Source: an uncultured actinomycete (GTDB lineage Bacteria > Actinomycetota > Acidimicrobiia > Spongiisociales > UBA5794). From it: DNA of 64,000 nucleotides. Under the pieces are notes generated by a model. The model saw nothing but the letters and a program-made list of their open reading frames with translations, did not search any database and had not been told where the DNA came from. Both the position numbers and the translations under genes were made by a program. Each line of letters starts with the position of its first letter. The first letter of the stretch is position 1. The DNA is taken from contig CALOAN010000042.1 of assembly GCA_942491345.1 (NCBI GenBank), forward strand, positions 54,587 through 118,586, given 5' to 3'. This document shows, one piece after another, positions 1-9,930 of this stretch.

Positions 1-1
1 G

Positions 2-1306
2 GTGAGAGTCTCGACATCGTGGGACGAGGGACAGCTGAACCTTCGCCTGCGTCTCGACGAAGGCGAACGGCTCGACGGTGCAGGCCAAGCCGGCATGCCA
101 ATCCGACTTGTTGCGAACACTGCGACAATCCGACACCCGGCGCTGTCAGCGGACACGCACCCGGATCTGGTCGCGCTGGCCGTGATCATGACGGTCGCTC
201 CGTGGGTCGGGCGGCGGCTGTGGCTCGACGAACCGGTGTCGTCGGCGTTCGCGGACGCCGCGCAGGATGGCTTCGATTTCGAACTCGGCCCTGTAGATGA
301 GGATCTTCCGTCGAGGGCTCGGGGCCAACACGTAGGGCTCCTCTACTCCGGTGGGGTCGACTCGGTCGCCCTCAGCGAGTTCATCCCTCCAGACTCGCCG
401 CTCATCCACCTCAGGCGCGTTCGGCACCCGCGTGTGCCGAACCGGGCAACCCACCTTCGCGTCGACGTGAGCGAACACTATGCCCGCCTCCTCGAAACAC
501 CTGATCGACGACTCGAGGTCGTGGCCACCGACATTGAGTTTCTATGTCAGCCGTTCCCGACCTACGCGACGTGGATCACACTCGGAATCGGGGCGGTGCT
601 CCTTGCCGACTACCTGAACCTCGGTGCCGTCGCTGCCGGGTTCATTCTCGGTGCGCGACATCTCGACGAAGGCAGGAGATTCGATCCGAACGGTGACAAC
701 GCTCGGGCCTGGTACGGGGTATTCGAAGCCGCAGGGATCCCCCTCTTCGGTGGAATGGCTGGAGCAACCGAAATCCTGACCTTCCAACTCGCCGAGAATG
801 CAGGACTGGAATCGATCACCCGATCGTGCCAGCTAGGGACGGTCGAGGCGCCGTGCTGGAACTGCATCAAGTGCCTGAGGAAGGAGCTCATTGCCTCTGC
901 CCGTTCCGACGAACCCCTCCCGGCCGAACTCGTTGATCGTGTCTCCACGAACGGCAAGATCGTCGAACCGTTGCTCGGGCCGCCCCCGTATTACCAGCAG
1001 CACATCCTCGAGTACGTGCTTTCCCGCGTGCCGGGCATCGAATCAACCTTCCTGAAGAGCACCAAGGACCAGCTGCGTCCCACGCGGAGTGGAAGCGATT
1101 GGGTCGAGCGGTACTACCCGCCGGCCCTCGAACAGATCCCGGCTCCCTGGCTGGCATCGTTCCGACCCCAACTCCTCGACAGCGTTGATCTCATGACCGA
1201 AGAAGACTGTGCGATCGTGGAGAACTGGGACGCCTCGAAGCGTCCTCAACCAGGACCTGATCCCGAGGCCGATGAGCCGGCGGGCCTACAATCGCGGCAA
1301 CCGTAG
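2..1306 (+). CDS. PP-loop ATP pyrophosphatase superfamily protein (function unknown; possibly sugar amidotransferase-like), probably 5'-partial at window edge
   Basis: 434-aa ORF with SGGVDS PP-loop motif (LLYSGGVDSVALSEF) and a CWNCIKC cysteine cluster; ORF is open to window start. Confidence 0.4.
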   Translation: MRVSTSWDEGQLNLRLRLDEGERLDGAGQAGMPIRLVANTATIRHPALSADTHPDLVALAVIMTVAPWVGRRLWLDEPVSSAFADAAQDGFDFELGPVDEDLPSRARGQHVGLLYSGGVDSVALSEFIPPDSPLIHLRRVRHPRVPNRATHLRVDVSEHYARLLETPDRRLEVVATDIEFLCQPFPTYATWITLGIGAVLLADYLNLGAVAAGFILGARHLDEGRRFDPNGDNARAWYGVFEAAGIPLFGGMAGATEILTFQLAENAGLESITRSCQLGTVEAPCWNCIKCLRKELIASARSDEPLPAELVDRVSTNGKIVEPLLGPPPYYQQHILEYVLSRVPGIESTFLKSTKDQLRPTRSGSDWVERYYPPALEQIPAPWLASFRPQLLDSVDLMTEEDCAIVENWDASKRPQPGPDPEADEPAGLQSRQP

Positions 1307-1517
1307 CTGCGCCCGGAGGTGCCCCGTGTGTGTTGTTGATGCCCCGAGTCGGTGCGCTGCAGGCACGATCACTCTGCGGGTGCCGACGCGCAGGGCGACT
1401 CCCGGCTCACGCGGATGATTGCGCACCACATCGCCGCAGACGAGCGCAGGATGAGCCGCTCTCCGGAGCCGTTCGACCGTCTGAACCCCGTTTTCCGGAA
1501 TATGGTTCGGTAGACAT

Positions 1518-2605
1518 ATGCGACTTCTCATCACCGGCGGCTCAGGGTTCATCGGATCGGCCGTCGTGCGCCAGGCCGTAGCTCGCGGCATGTCGGTGGT
1601 GAACGTCGACAAGCTCACCTACGCCGCAACTGCGGGTTCAACGAGTGCAGTCGCCGATTCCGACCGGTACGTCCTCGAAGTCGCCGACGTCGTCGACACG
1701 CAGGCGATGTCCACCATCCTCGCCCGGTTCCAACCGGATCGAGTGATCCACCTCGCCGCAGAAACGCACGTCGACCGCTCAATCGACCGGCCCCTGGAGT
1801 TCGTCGAAATCCAACGTCCTGAACGGCCCGGTGCGATTGCTGGACGCGGCTCGCGAGTACTTCGAGAGCCCTGCCAAATGATCGGCCGCGAGGAATTCCG
1901 CTTCCAGCATGTCTCGACGACGATGAGGTCTTTGGGTCGCTGGGCGATACCGGAAGCCTTTCACGAAGCCCATCCGTACGATCCACGATAGCCCGTATCT
2001 GGCATCCAAGGCCGGCCCCGACCACCTCGTGCGTGCTTGGTATCACACGCAACGGCCTGCCGATGTTGATCAGCAACTGCTGCAACAACTACGGGCCCTA
2101 CCAGTTCCCGGAGAAGCTCATCCCGCTCACCGTCATCCGGGCGCTGATGGGGTTGTCGCTCCCCGTGTACGGAGCAGGCGAGAACGTGCGGGACTGGCTC
2201 TATGTCGAAGACCACGCGGCCGCATTGCTGCAAATCGCCGAAGAGGGGGAGATCGGCTCCACCTACCTGGTCGGAGGCGACGCGGAACAACGCAACATCG
2301 ACGTGGTGATGCACATTTGCAGGATCTTCTCGACGACACTCCGCCCTGTCGCAGAGCGGCTTGATCCGCACGAGCATCTGGTCACCTTCGTCGAGGACCG
2401 GCCGGGGCATGACCAGCGGTACGCCTTCGATGCATCCGATACGTCCGAGCGGCTCGGATGGTCGCCGGCGACCTCGTTCGCGGCCGGGCTGCGCGCAACC
2501 GTCGAGTGGTACATCGCGAATGCGGCATGGTGGGAACCGCTGACGAGCAGCGGGGCCACCGTGGAGCGGGCGGGATTGTCATCTGGAGGAGGTGGCGAAC
2601 GGTGA
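1518..2605 (+). pseudogene. rfbB: dTDP-glucose 4,6-dehydratase, disrupted by multiple frameshifts
   Basis: N-terminal ORF 1518..1991 (MRLLITGGSGFIGSAVV...HLAAETHVDRSIDRPLEFVE) and C-terminal ORF 2033..2605 (NCCNNYGPYQFPEKLIP...DQRYAFD) are both RfbB-like. Middle segment 1800-2030 encodes TNVLNGPVRLLDAAREY and FQHVSTDEVFGSLGD in other frames. Confidence 0.7.
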
Positions 2606-3468
2606 AAGGGATCGTGCTCGCGGGCGGAACAGGGAGCCGACTCGATCCGGCGACCCGGGTGGTGAGCAAGCAGCTCCTTCCGGTCTACGACAAACCGATG
2701 GTCTACTACCCGCTATCGCTGCTCATGCTGGCCGGGATCACCGAGATCCTCGTCATCACCACACCCGACCAGAGCGGTCAATTCCGCCAACTCCTCGGCG
2801 ACGGAAGCGACTGGGGGCTCGATCTGAGCTACGCCGTGCAACCTTCACCGGACGGATTGGCGCAGGCCTTCCTGATCGGAGAGGACTTCATCGATGGTTC
2901 TTCGGCTGCACTCGTACTCGGCGACAACATCCTGTACGGGAGGGGCCTTTCCGGACTGCTCCGCGAAGCAACGCAGCGCGACGGCGCCACCATCTTCGGC
3001 TACCCGGTTCGTGATCCCGAGCAATTCGGTGTTGTCACGCTCGGCGAGGATGGAACTCCTCTGAATATCGAGGAGAAGCCGGATCGCGCGGAGTCGAACC
3101 TCGCGGTGATCGGTTTGTACTTCTTCGATGATCGCGTTGTTGATGTGGCACGCCGGGTGCGGCCGTCGGCGCGTGGTGAACTCGAGATCACGGACGTGAT
3201 TCGATCGTATCTCGACGAGGGTGAGCTCGTGGTTGAGGCTCTGGGACGAGGTATCGCATGGCTCGACGCCGGGACACCCGAGTCCTTGCATGAAGCGTCG
3301 GCGTTCGTGCATACCATCGAGAAACGCCAGGGTTCGAAAGTTGCATGTTTGGAGGAAGTTGCCTATCGCATGGGGTTCATCTCGCGCGAAGCCCTCGCGC
3401 GGCAGGCAGCAACGGCGCCGAGCCCCGAGTACGCCACCTACCTCATGGACGTGCTCGACGAGAGCTGA
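2602..3468 (+). CDS. rfbA: glucose-1-phosphate thymidylyltransferase
   Basis: VKGIVLAGGTGSRLDPATRVVSKQLLPVYDKPMVYYPLS signature; GTG start overlapping rfbB stop (GTGA). Confidence 0.85.
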   Translation: MKGIVLAGGTGSRLDPATRVVSKQLLPVYDKPMVYYPLSLLMLAGITEILVITTPDQSGQFRQLLGDGSDWGLDLSYAVQPSPDGLAQAFLIGEDFIDGSSAALVLGDNILYGRGLSGLLREATQRDGATIFGYPVRDPEQFGVVTLGEDGTPLNIEEKPDRAESNLAVIGLYFFDDRVVDVARRVRPSARGELEITDVIRSYLDEGELVVEALGRGIAWLDAGTPESLHEASAFVHTIEKRQGSKVACLEEVAYRMGFISREALARQAATAPSPEYATYLMDVLDES

Positions 3469-3540
3469 GGCTGCCGTCCTTGGGCGACCCGGCGCCGGGC
3501 CGCGTATGAGCGGACGGCCGATTCCCTAGTATCGGATGCC

Positions 3541-4398
3541 ATGAGTCTGGTGATGGCCGACGAACGAGTCGTGGTGACCGGGGCCACGGGATACATCGGG
3601 TCAGCGCTCGTTGCACACCTTCGCGGCCGAAACGAAGTGCACGTGCTCGCTCGCGATGCCGCAGCGGCCCAGTCGCGTCTCGGGCTCGAATCCAGCCTCG
3701 TCCATGCTGTGGGAGAAGGCTCGATGCCGGTGGGAGAGACATTCGATCGGATCGCTCCGACGGTGGTCTTTCATCTGGCGACTCACTATCGACGGCAAGA
3801 TGACCCGGCCTCGATTGCTCTCATGATCGACGCAAATGTGCGGTTCGGATCGCTCGTTCTCGATGCAGCGTCGAGGTGCGCGGGGTGCGACGTGGTGGTT
3901 GCAGGGTCCCATTTTCAGTTCGCCGGAGCCCCTGGCCGGTCGTCGAGCTTCTACGCATCAACGAAGAACGCTCTCTGCGAGATCGCCAGATACTTGCAGG
4001 AGGCTCGGGGCCTGCAATGGACCCAGCCGGTCATCTACGACGCGTACGGTCCTGCGGACACCAGAGCAAAACTCATCGACGTGCTGATCGACCGGGTGGA
4101 GTCCGGGCAGGCCGTCCGGCTGCCCGACCCCGAGCCGCTCCACCACTTCGTGTATATCGAAGATGTGGTCGCAGCACTGGTCGTTTCTGCCCGCAATCTC
4201 CGGTTCCGCGAAGTGGGCCAAGCGGCACCAGCGTGTGGGTCAGCCCGATCGAGCTCAGCCCGGGCCTCGATGCCCGAGCGTGACTGCTGCGGAGCTGGGG
4301 AACGAGCCTGCTGCGCTGGCCTGAGCCTTCGACCTGACCGCCAGGGCGACCCTGCGGCCAAGTACGAAGGACCAAGGCACGCTGGGGTGGCAAGCTGA
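3541..4398 (+). CDS. NAD-dependent epimerase/dehydratase (SDR family); 3' end appears aberrant or frameshifted
   Basis: N-terminal VVVTGATGYIGSALV Rossmann motif; the last ~60 aa are Cys/Arg-rich and unlike SDR C-termini, while an alternative frame (3876..4283) ends with SDR-like text. Confidence 0.5.
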   Translation: MSLVMADERVVVTGATGYIGSALVAHLRGRNEVHVLARDAAAAQSRLGLESSLVHAVGEGSMPVGETFDRIAPTVVFHLATHYRRQDDPASIALMIDANVRFGSLVLDAASRCAGCDVVVAGSHFQFAGAPGRSSSFYASTKNALCEIARYLQEARGLQWTQPVIYDAYGPADTRAKLIDVLIDRVESGQAVRLPDPEPLHHFVYIEDVVAALVVSARNLRFREVGQAAPACGSARSSSARASMPERDCCGAGERACCAGLSLRPDRQGDPAAKYEGPRHAGVAS

Positions 4399-4465
4399 TG
4401 GTAGGCTGGCTGACGGCATTGGAAGCACATGGATTGCGTTCCATGCGCGTCTTCGTAGCCGGCAG

Positions 4466-6304
4466 GTGAAGACGTCGAGCGTCGCAGACCGTGGACCAAT
4501 CCTCGGCAACGTCGAGATGCCTGAACACGACATCAGCAGCCCACCACCACGGTCGTACCTGACCAGCGGTCGGGTAGGGTGTCGGGATGTCCATCCGAGC
4601 CGTAGCACCGGGACGCGTCTACGAGTTCGGTCACAGATCCGGTGCTCGATCACCTTCGAGGAAGACCACGCCGTGGGGATTCTGGAGGTGGACGACATCG
4701 AAGCGCGGAATCCCGACGGAAGCGCCGAGGATCCCGGAAGTGATGGCTTCAAGCACACCCCCGAGCCACTGATCCGATCGTGGTACGCCGCGCAGCAGGT
4801 GCTCGCCGAAACCGAGCCGGGGGATGTCGTGGTCGCACCGGATCACGGCGGCATTGGTGGTGTTCTGGCGGTGAGCGAAGCGTCCAAACCAAGAGATCAG
4901 CGGCGCCGGATTTGGACGATCGCCGGCGACGGTGCCTGGCTCGAGGCGATGCTCGTTGCGGGAACCGCAGACCATGCTGAGATGCCGTTGGCGTCGGAGA
5001 TCGATTGGGAGCTGGCGCAGTATCGGAACTCAGAGGTGGTGCTCGCCGCATCCCCGATTGCCGCTCAGCTTCTGAGCAGCATCGGCGTGTCGGCGGAGAT
5101 TGTCGACGTCGCGGCTGCTCCGGCGTCGAGTTCGGATGAACCGGGACTCGGGGCCTGGGCGCCGGGACCGGTGTCTCGCAGCAATCGCTCGGGCGATGTG
5201 TTGCGTGCTGCGGCGACGGTTGCCGATCTCCAGGTGACGGTTTCCGGGCAGGACGCTGCGGATCTGATCTGGTCGGGAACAACGTGGGAGGCTCTGAGTG
5301 GCGTACGAGCCATTCTTGGTGACAGGCTCCGGCGGTCTGATCGACCGATTGCGCGGCCGGCCTTCGTGGTGCTGGGGAATGCCCTTGAACCGCCCGATCA
5401 GGCGGCCGCGCAGTGGAGGGACGCCGGCGTCGAGGTCCTGGCGCCGCGGGGGAGCGTCGCGGCGGCGATGTGGAGCGATGTCCGGACCTGGGACTCCAGC
5501 GATGAGCTGGCCTCACTCCTTTCCGGAACGGGTCCGCAATCGACGTCCGTAGCGTCAACGCCGATACGTTCCCCGCAAGCCCCATCGTCGGACCAGTCGA
5601 GGGCCCGGCGGGTATCCGTCGGGGTGCCGGTCTTCCGGAATGTCTCGTTTCTCGACGAGTGCGTCGAGTCGATTCTCGGACAGTCGCAAGCGCCTCACGA
5701 AGTGCTGCTGATGGATGACGGTTCAGACTCTGCCGGAGTGGACCAAGCGTTCAGGCGGTGGGTGGACCGGGAACCGACGCGCATACGCAGACTGTCGCAG
5801 GCCAATCGCGGCGTGTGCACCGCGAGGAACCGGATGATCGAGGCAATGACCGGAGACGCCTTCCTCCTTGTTGATCAAGACGATGTGTTGGAGCCGAATT
5901 GCATCAAACGCACCGCCGAAGCCTTGCGGGAGGATGTGTCGCTCTGGGCCGTTGCAGGTTGGACCGAGTTCTTCGGCGAGTATCAGGGGATCGAGGCGAA
6001 ACCCCCGTTCGATCGGAGGGTCGGGCTGCGAGAGAACCCGATCGTCTCAACGGCAGCGCTCGTCGACATGCACGTACGCGACGCCGGAGTCGCGTTCGCC
6101 CCCGACCTGGCGTTCTTGTACTGCGAAGACTGGCACTACTGGTCGCAGATCATCGCCGCCGGGGGCAACATCGGGCTTGTGCCCGAAGTCGTGGTGCGGC
6201 ATCGCGTTCACCTCGCCTCCGGAGGGTTCCAGAGGACCGAACTCGCTCATCGGATTGGCCGGGCGCGGGCAATCGAACCGCTCCTCGATCCGGCCAACGG
6301 CTAG
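4466..6304 (+). CDS. two-domain glycosyltransferase (N-terminal GT-B-like region, C-terminal GT2 domain); start uncertain
   Basis: C-terminal VSVGVPVFRNVSFLDECVESILGQSQAPHEVLLMDDGSDS plus DQDD-type motif typical of GT2; N-terminal ~380 aa GT1/GT4-like. Confidence 0.55.
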   Translation: MKTSSVADRGPILGNVEMPEHDISSPPPRSYLTSGRVGCRDVHPSRSTGTRLRVRSQIRCSITFEEDHAVGILEVDDIEARNPDGSAEDPGSDGFKHTPEPLIRSWYAAQQVLAETEPGDVVVAPDHGGIGGVLAVSEASKPRDQRRRIWTIAGDGAWLEAMLVAGTADHAEMPLASEIDWELAQYRNSEVVLAASPIAAQLLSSIGVSAEIVDVAAAPASSSDEPGLGAWAPGPVSRSNRSGDVLRAAATVADLQVTVSGQDAADLIWSGTTWEALSGVRAILGDRLRRSDRPIARPAFVVLGNALEPPDQAAAQWRDAGVEVLAPRGSVAAAMWSDVRTWDSSDELASLLSGTGPQSTSVASTPIRSPQAPSSDQSRARRVSVGVPVFRNVSFLDECVESILGQSQAPHEVLLMDDGSDSAGVDQAFRRWVDREPTRIRRLSQANRGVCTARNRMIEAMTGDAFLLVDQDDVLEPNCIKRTAEALREDVSLWAVAGWTEFFGEYQGIEAKPPFDRRVGLRENPIVSTAALVDMHVRDAGVAFAPDLAFLYCEDWHYWSQIIAAGGNIGLVPEVVVRHRVHLASGGFQRTELAHRIGRARAIEPLLDPANG

Positions 6305-6367
6305 GACACGCACGAGTGCCGCCGCCGACACACCCGCGGCAACTGCCTCGTCGACCCTCGACCGGGC

Positions 6368-8233
6368 TCAGGCACCCGCCTTCATGTTCGCGATCTGGAG
6401 GCGCGTTGACTCCAGGTACTGCTCGAACCGACGTTGAGGATCGGAACCCGGGGGAGGGGAGATCTCGGCGAGCACCGCCTCGGCGGCTTCGAAGTGACCG
6501 GTCCGAGCCAGCTCGAGCGCAAGGCCGAATCGGATCGCAACGTCGTACCGCTCATCGGTAATCGCTGCATCGAGTTGGGTGAGCACTTCGGCGCCGTCTC
6601 TTGCGACTGCGTTCGGCGGGATCAGGAGGCGCCACTCTCCGTCGTCGACGATGCGCCAGCCTGGGGGAGCGACGGAAGTCCGCGTATCTCCGGCGAGCAG
6701 AACGACGATCGGTTCTTCCCCGAGGCGGTGGCTCGAGGTGACCATCGCCCGCGGGAGGCGGATCTGGTACCACGTTGGGAGGTATCGGGGTTGGCCGTAG
6801 AACAGGGGCTGGTATCGCGGGAATTCGCGCAGGAACTCGAACAGAACGACGGTGTCCGGTTCCACGTTCTCCATGATGAGGTGCGACGCCTGTTCCCAGT
6901 CGGTCGTCTCCTGTTCGGTGACCTCGGCATGGAATCCAATCGCCGTCGGAATCGCGTAGAGAGCGAGAGCGACGGCACCGATGATCGTCGACGGGATGCG
7001 CCAGCTCTCACGGGGCGCGAGCAGCAGACGCGAACCGACAAGCCCGATCGCCAGAGCGCCGGGCAGCATCAGATCGTGGAAGTAGCGGTCGAAGAACGAG
7101 AATCCGGGTGCCACGGAAGCGAAGAAGACGGCGGAGATTCCGGGAGAAATTGCCGCGAGTGGGATGAACCACCAGACCTCGCCCCGGGTCGGGCGGAATG
7201 GCTTGAACAGCAGAAGGATGACGAGAGCGGCGAGCGCGAGGCCCGCCAGACCGAACGCGGCGTCGAACTCGGAAACGAACGCCGAAACGCTGTCGACGAA
7301 CCGCTCACGCAAGCCATACGGCGTCTGGGTCTCGAAGAACGTTGGGTTCTTGATTCGGGTGATGATCGGCATCGCCAGGGAAGCCACAAACGTGATTCCC
7401 GCGACGGACAGTGCGCTGGTCCCGCCGGGATCGTTCTCACGAACCACGTAGCGGCGCACCAGGAGTCCGGCCACGGCGAACAGGGAAACCATCACTGGGA
7501 CCAGCGCCTGGGTCAGGACGAGGAGCAATCCCGAGAGTCCTGAGAATGTGAGGGTCTTCGCGTTCGGTCCGGTCCGGAGCAGAGAACGGACCGCTACGAC
7601 GAAGAGCAGCGCGAAGAAGGTCGGAATTGCGTACGGCCGGATGAACGCCGTTGTGCGCAGCACAATGGGGGAGAACCCGTACGCGAGGATCGTGATCGCG
7701 GGAGCAAAACGGTTTCCCGCGAACTGCTTGGATAGGTACCCAAGGAAGCCCACCGATCACAGGCCGAAGAGCGTCGGCAGGAGGCGTTCGGCAAAGTCGG
7801 TTGCGCCGAACGCAAGCCTCCATGTTCCACCGAGCGCGACCTCGAGCGGCGGCTGGTTGAGCGCCCACGAGGTGCTGAGCCATTGCCCGGGACCTCCCCA
7901 GTATCCGCCGAGTTGACGCAGCTCGTCGATGTGAAACGGTTCCTCAGTTGCGAAGACGATCCACGTCACCGCAACGAGCACAAACGCCAGAGCGGTCAGC
8001 CATCGCGCGTCGCCCGTGTGCAACCACGAACGGTTTGTGTCTGATGGTGAGGTTGTTGTCGTCAGGATCGTTCCAAGGTCGGCGTGCGGAGCATATCCGC
8101 AACACCAGAGAAGTCGATTGCACGAGCGAAGCAGCATGCGCCGGGCCGGATGGGGCACCCCTCCGGCGTTCGGGGGCCGGCGCGGACGGGTCCGGACGGT
8201 GGAACGGCAGTGAAAATCCGCCGGACGATGCAT
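6368..8233 (-). pseudogene. polytopic membrane glycosyltransferase (PMT/ArnT-like, GT39/GT83-type) interrupted by a single in-frame TGA at 7757-7759
   Basis: ORFs 7757..8233 and 6368..7753 are in the same frame, separated by TGA plus one codon (..TLFGL*SVGFLGYLS..); multi-TM N-terminal region with a soluble C-terminal domain. Confidence 0.4.
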
Positions 8234-8288
8234 GTAATCGCTGCAGCCACACCGGTAGGATGCGCGCAGTTGCCCGATCCCGGACGGA

Positions 8289-8879
8289 GTGCGCCCTGTG
8301 ACGAATCAATACTTCCCAGAGACCGTGTCCGAAGACCTCGCACATATCCGCAGCGAGATCCTGCGGTACCGCAGCACCGACCTCATGGACGATCGGGAAC
8401 GGGCCCGGTTCCTGGGCCTGCCGGCGGGCTGTCGTATACGCGAAAACGCGAAGATCCTGAATCCGGACAACCTCACCTGCGGCGAGAATGTGTGGATCGG
8501 CGAGGGAGCCGTGCTCGACGCGCAGGGCGGCCTCGAGATCGGTGACAACACGCAGATCGGGCTCGGTGTGTTCGTGTGGAGCCACACGACCCACAAGCAG
8601 GCCCGCGCCGGCCAGACAGGTCAGAGCAAGGAACTCATCGACTACAGCCGGACACGTATCGGAAAGAACTGCTTCATCGCGGGGCCGACCGTCATAGGAC
8701 CCGGTGTCACCGTCGGTGATGGTGCCATCATCTCGCCGCTGAACTTCGTGGAGCGCGACGTGGCCCCGGGTGCCGTCGTGAGTGGCCGGCTGGAGCGACG
8801 CGAGGTCGACAATCGTGTTGCGGCGCTCGAAGCCGAGGTCGAATCGCTCAGGCAGCTCATTGCCGAACTCGGGCGCTAG
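8289..8879 (+). CDS. hexapeptide-repeat (LbH) sugar O-acyltransferase with C-terminal coiled coil
   Basis: GENVWIGEGAVLDAQGGLEIGDNTQIGLGVFVWSHTTH left-handed beta-helix repeats; GTG start. Confidence 0.6.
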   Translation: MRPVTNQYFPETVSEDLAHIRSEILRYRSTDLMDDRERARFLGLPAGCRIRENAKILNPDNLTCGENVWIGEGAVLDAQGGLEIGDNTQIGLGVFVWSHTTHKQARAGQTGQSKELIDYSRTRIGKNCFIAGPTVIGPGVTVGDGAIISPLNFVERDVAPGAVVSGRLERREVDNRVAALEAEVESLRQLIAELGR

Positions 8880-8886
8880 GTCCGGC

Positions 8887-9831
8887 CTAGAGCGGACCTG
8901 AGTCTCTCGAAATGATGTAGATCGGCCTGCCGCGCGATTCGTCGAGCGTACGCCATACGTATTCGCCGAGGACCGAGATGGCGACGAGGATCAGACCACC
9001 CATGACGGATATCGCCGTCATGAGCGACGCCCACCCGGAATCCGGGGTTTGGCCGAACAGCGCTCGAAGCACCGTGACGAAGCCGAAGACGATGCCGGCA
9101 AGGCCGACGACCGCCCCAACGATCGACAGCAGCCTGAGGGGAGCGGCTGAGACCGCAATCAGCATGTCGCCTGCCGCTTTGAACTTCTTGCGCGTTGTCC
9201 AGCCAGACTCTCCGGCGGTTCGCGGAGCACGGTCGTAGTCAACGTACGTCTGTCCGAACCCCAGGTTGAAGATCGTGAGGAACAGCGGGAGGTTGCGCTC
9301 CGGGAACGCCACAACGGCGTCGCGAACCCGCCGGGTCATGACGAGGAAGTCCAGGCCGCCCTCGGGATAGTCCAACCTCGTGAGGGCACGGAACAACCGG
9401 TAGTAGGCCGAGGCCATGGTTCGGGTCAGCCATGAGTCGCCGTCGCGATTCGCTCGGCGGCCCCACGCGATGTCCACGGTGGGGCTCAACTGACTGACCA
9501 ACTCGGGCAGAACCTCGGGAGGGTCCTGTCCATCCGCCGAAATGACCGCAACCGCATCGCCCGATGCGAGTTCCAGACCACACCGGATCACCGCGTGGGA
9601 GCCGACGTTGCTGACGAATTCGACGACACGCCCCTCCAAGCCGTCGTCGAGAGCGGCGCTGGCTACATCGAACGTGGAATCGGTCGAGCCGTCGCTCAGC
9701 ACGATGACTTCGATGGAGATTGCCCCATCACCGCTGCTTGGGAAGGTCTCGCGAATGCGATCAATCGCAGCCGGAAGCGCGTCGGCCTCGTTGTACGCGG
9801 GAATGATGATGGACAGGTCCGGGGAGGCCAT
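8887..9831 (-). CDS. GT2 polyprenyl-phosphate glycosyltransferase (GtrB/DPM1-like) with C-terminal TM helices
   Basis: LSIIIPAYNEADALP...VLSDGSTDST GT2-A motifs; two hydrophobic C-terminal helices. Confidence 0.65.
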   Translation of the reverse strand: MASPDLSIIIPAYNEADALPAAIDRIRETFPSSGDGAISIEVIVLSDGSTDSTFDVASAALDDGLEGRVVEFVSNVGSHAVIRCGLELASGDAVAVISADGQDPPEVLPELVSQLSPTVDIAWGRRANRDGDSWLTRTMASAYYRLFRALTRLDYPEGGLDFLVMTRRVRDAVVAFPERNLPLFLTIFNLGFGQTYVDYDRAPRTAGESGWTTRKKFKAAGDMLIAVSAAPLRLLSIVGAVVGLAGIVFGFVTVLRALFGQTPDSGWASLMTAISVMGGLILVAISVLGEYVWRTLDESRGRPIYIISRDSGPL

Positions 9832-9930
9832 TCACTCTCTCTGGATGGCGAACGACACCTTACCGTGGCACCGTGTCGATGCATGGCTATTGGTATAGTT
9901 CCGCGCCCCCAACAACTGGAGAACGTCGGC

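Noticed and set aside
7754-7759. TGA as selenocysteine in the PMT-like gene
   Set aside because: No SECIS-like structure is recognisable downstream, the context is a membrane glycosyltransferase with no redox motif, and other nearby genes also show lesions. A nonsense mutation or sequencing error is more parsimonious.
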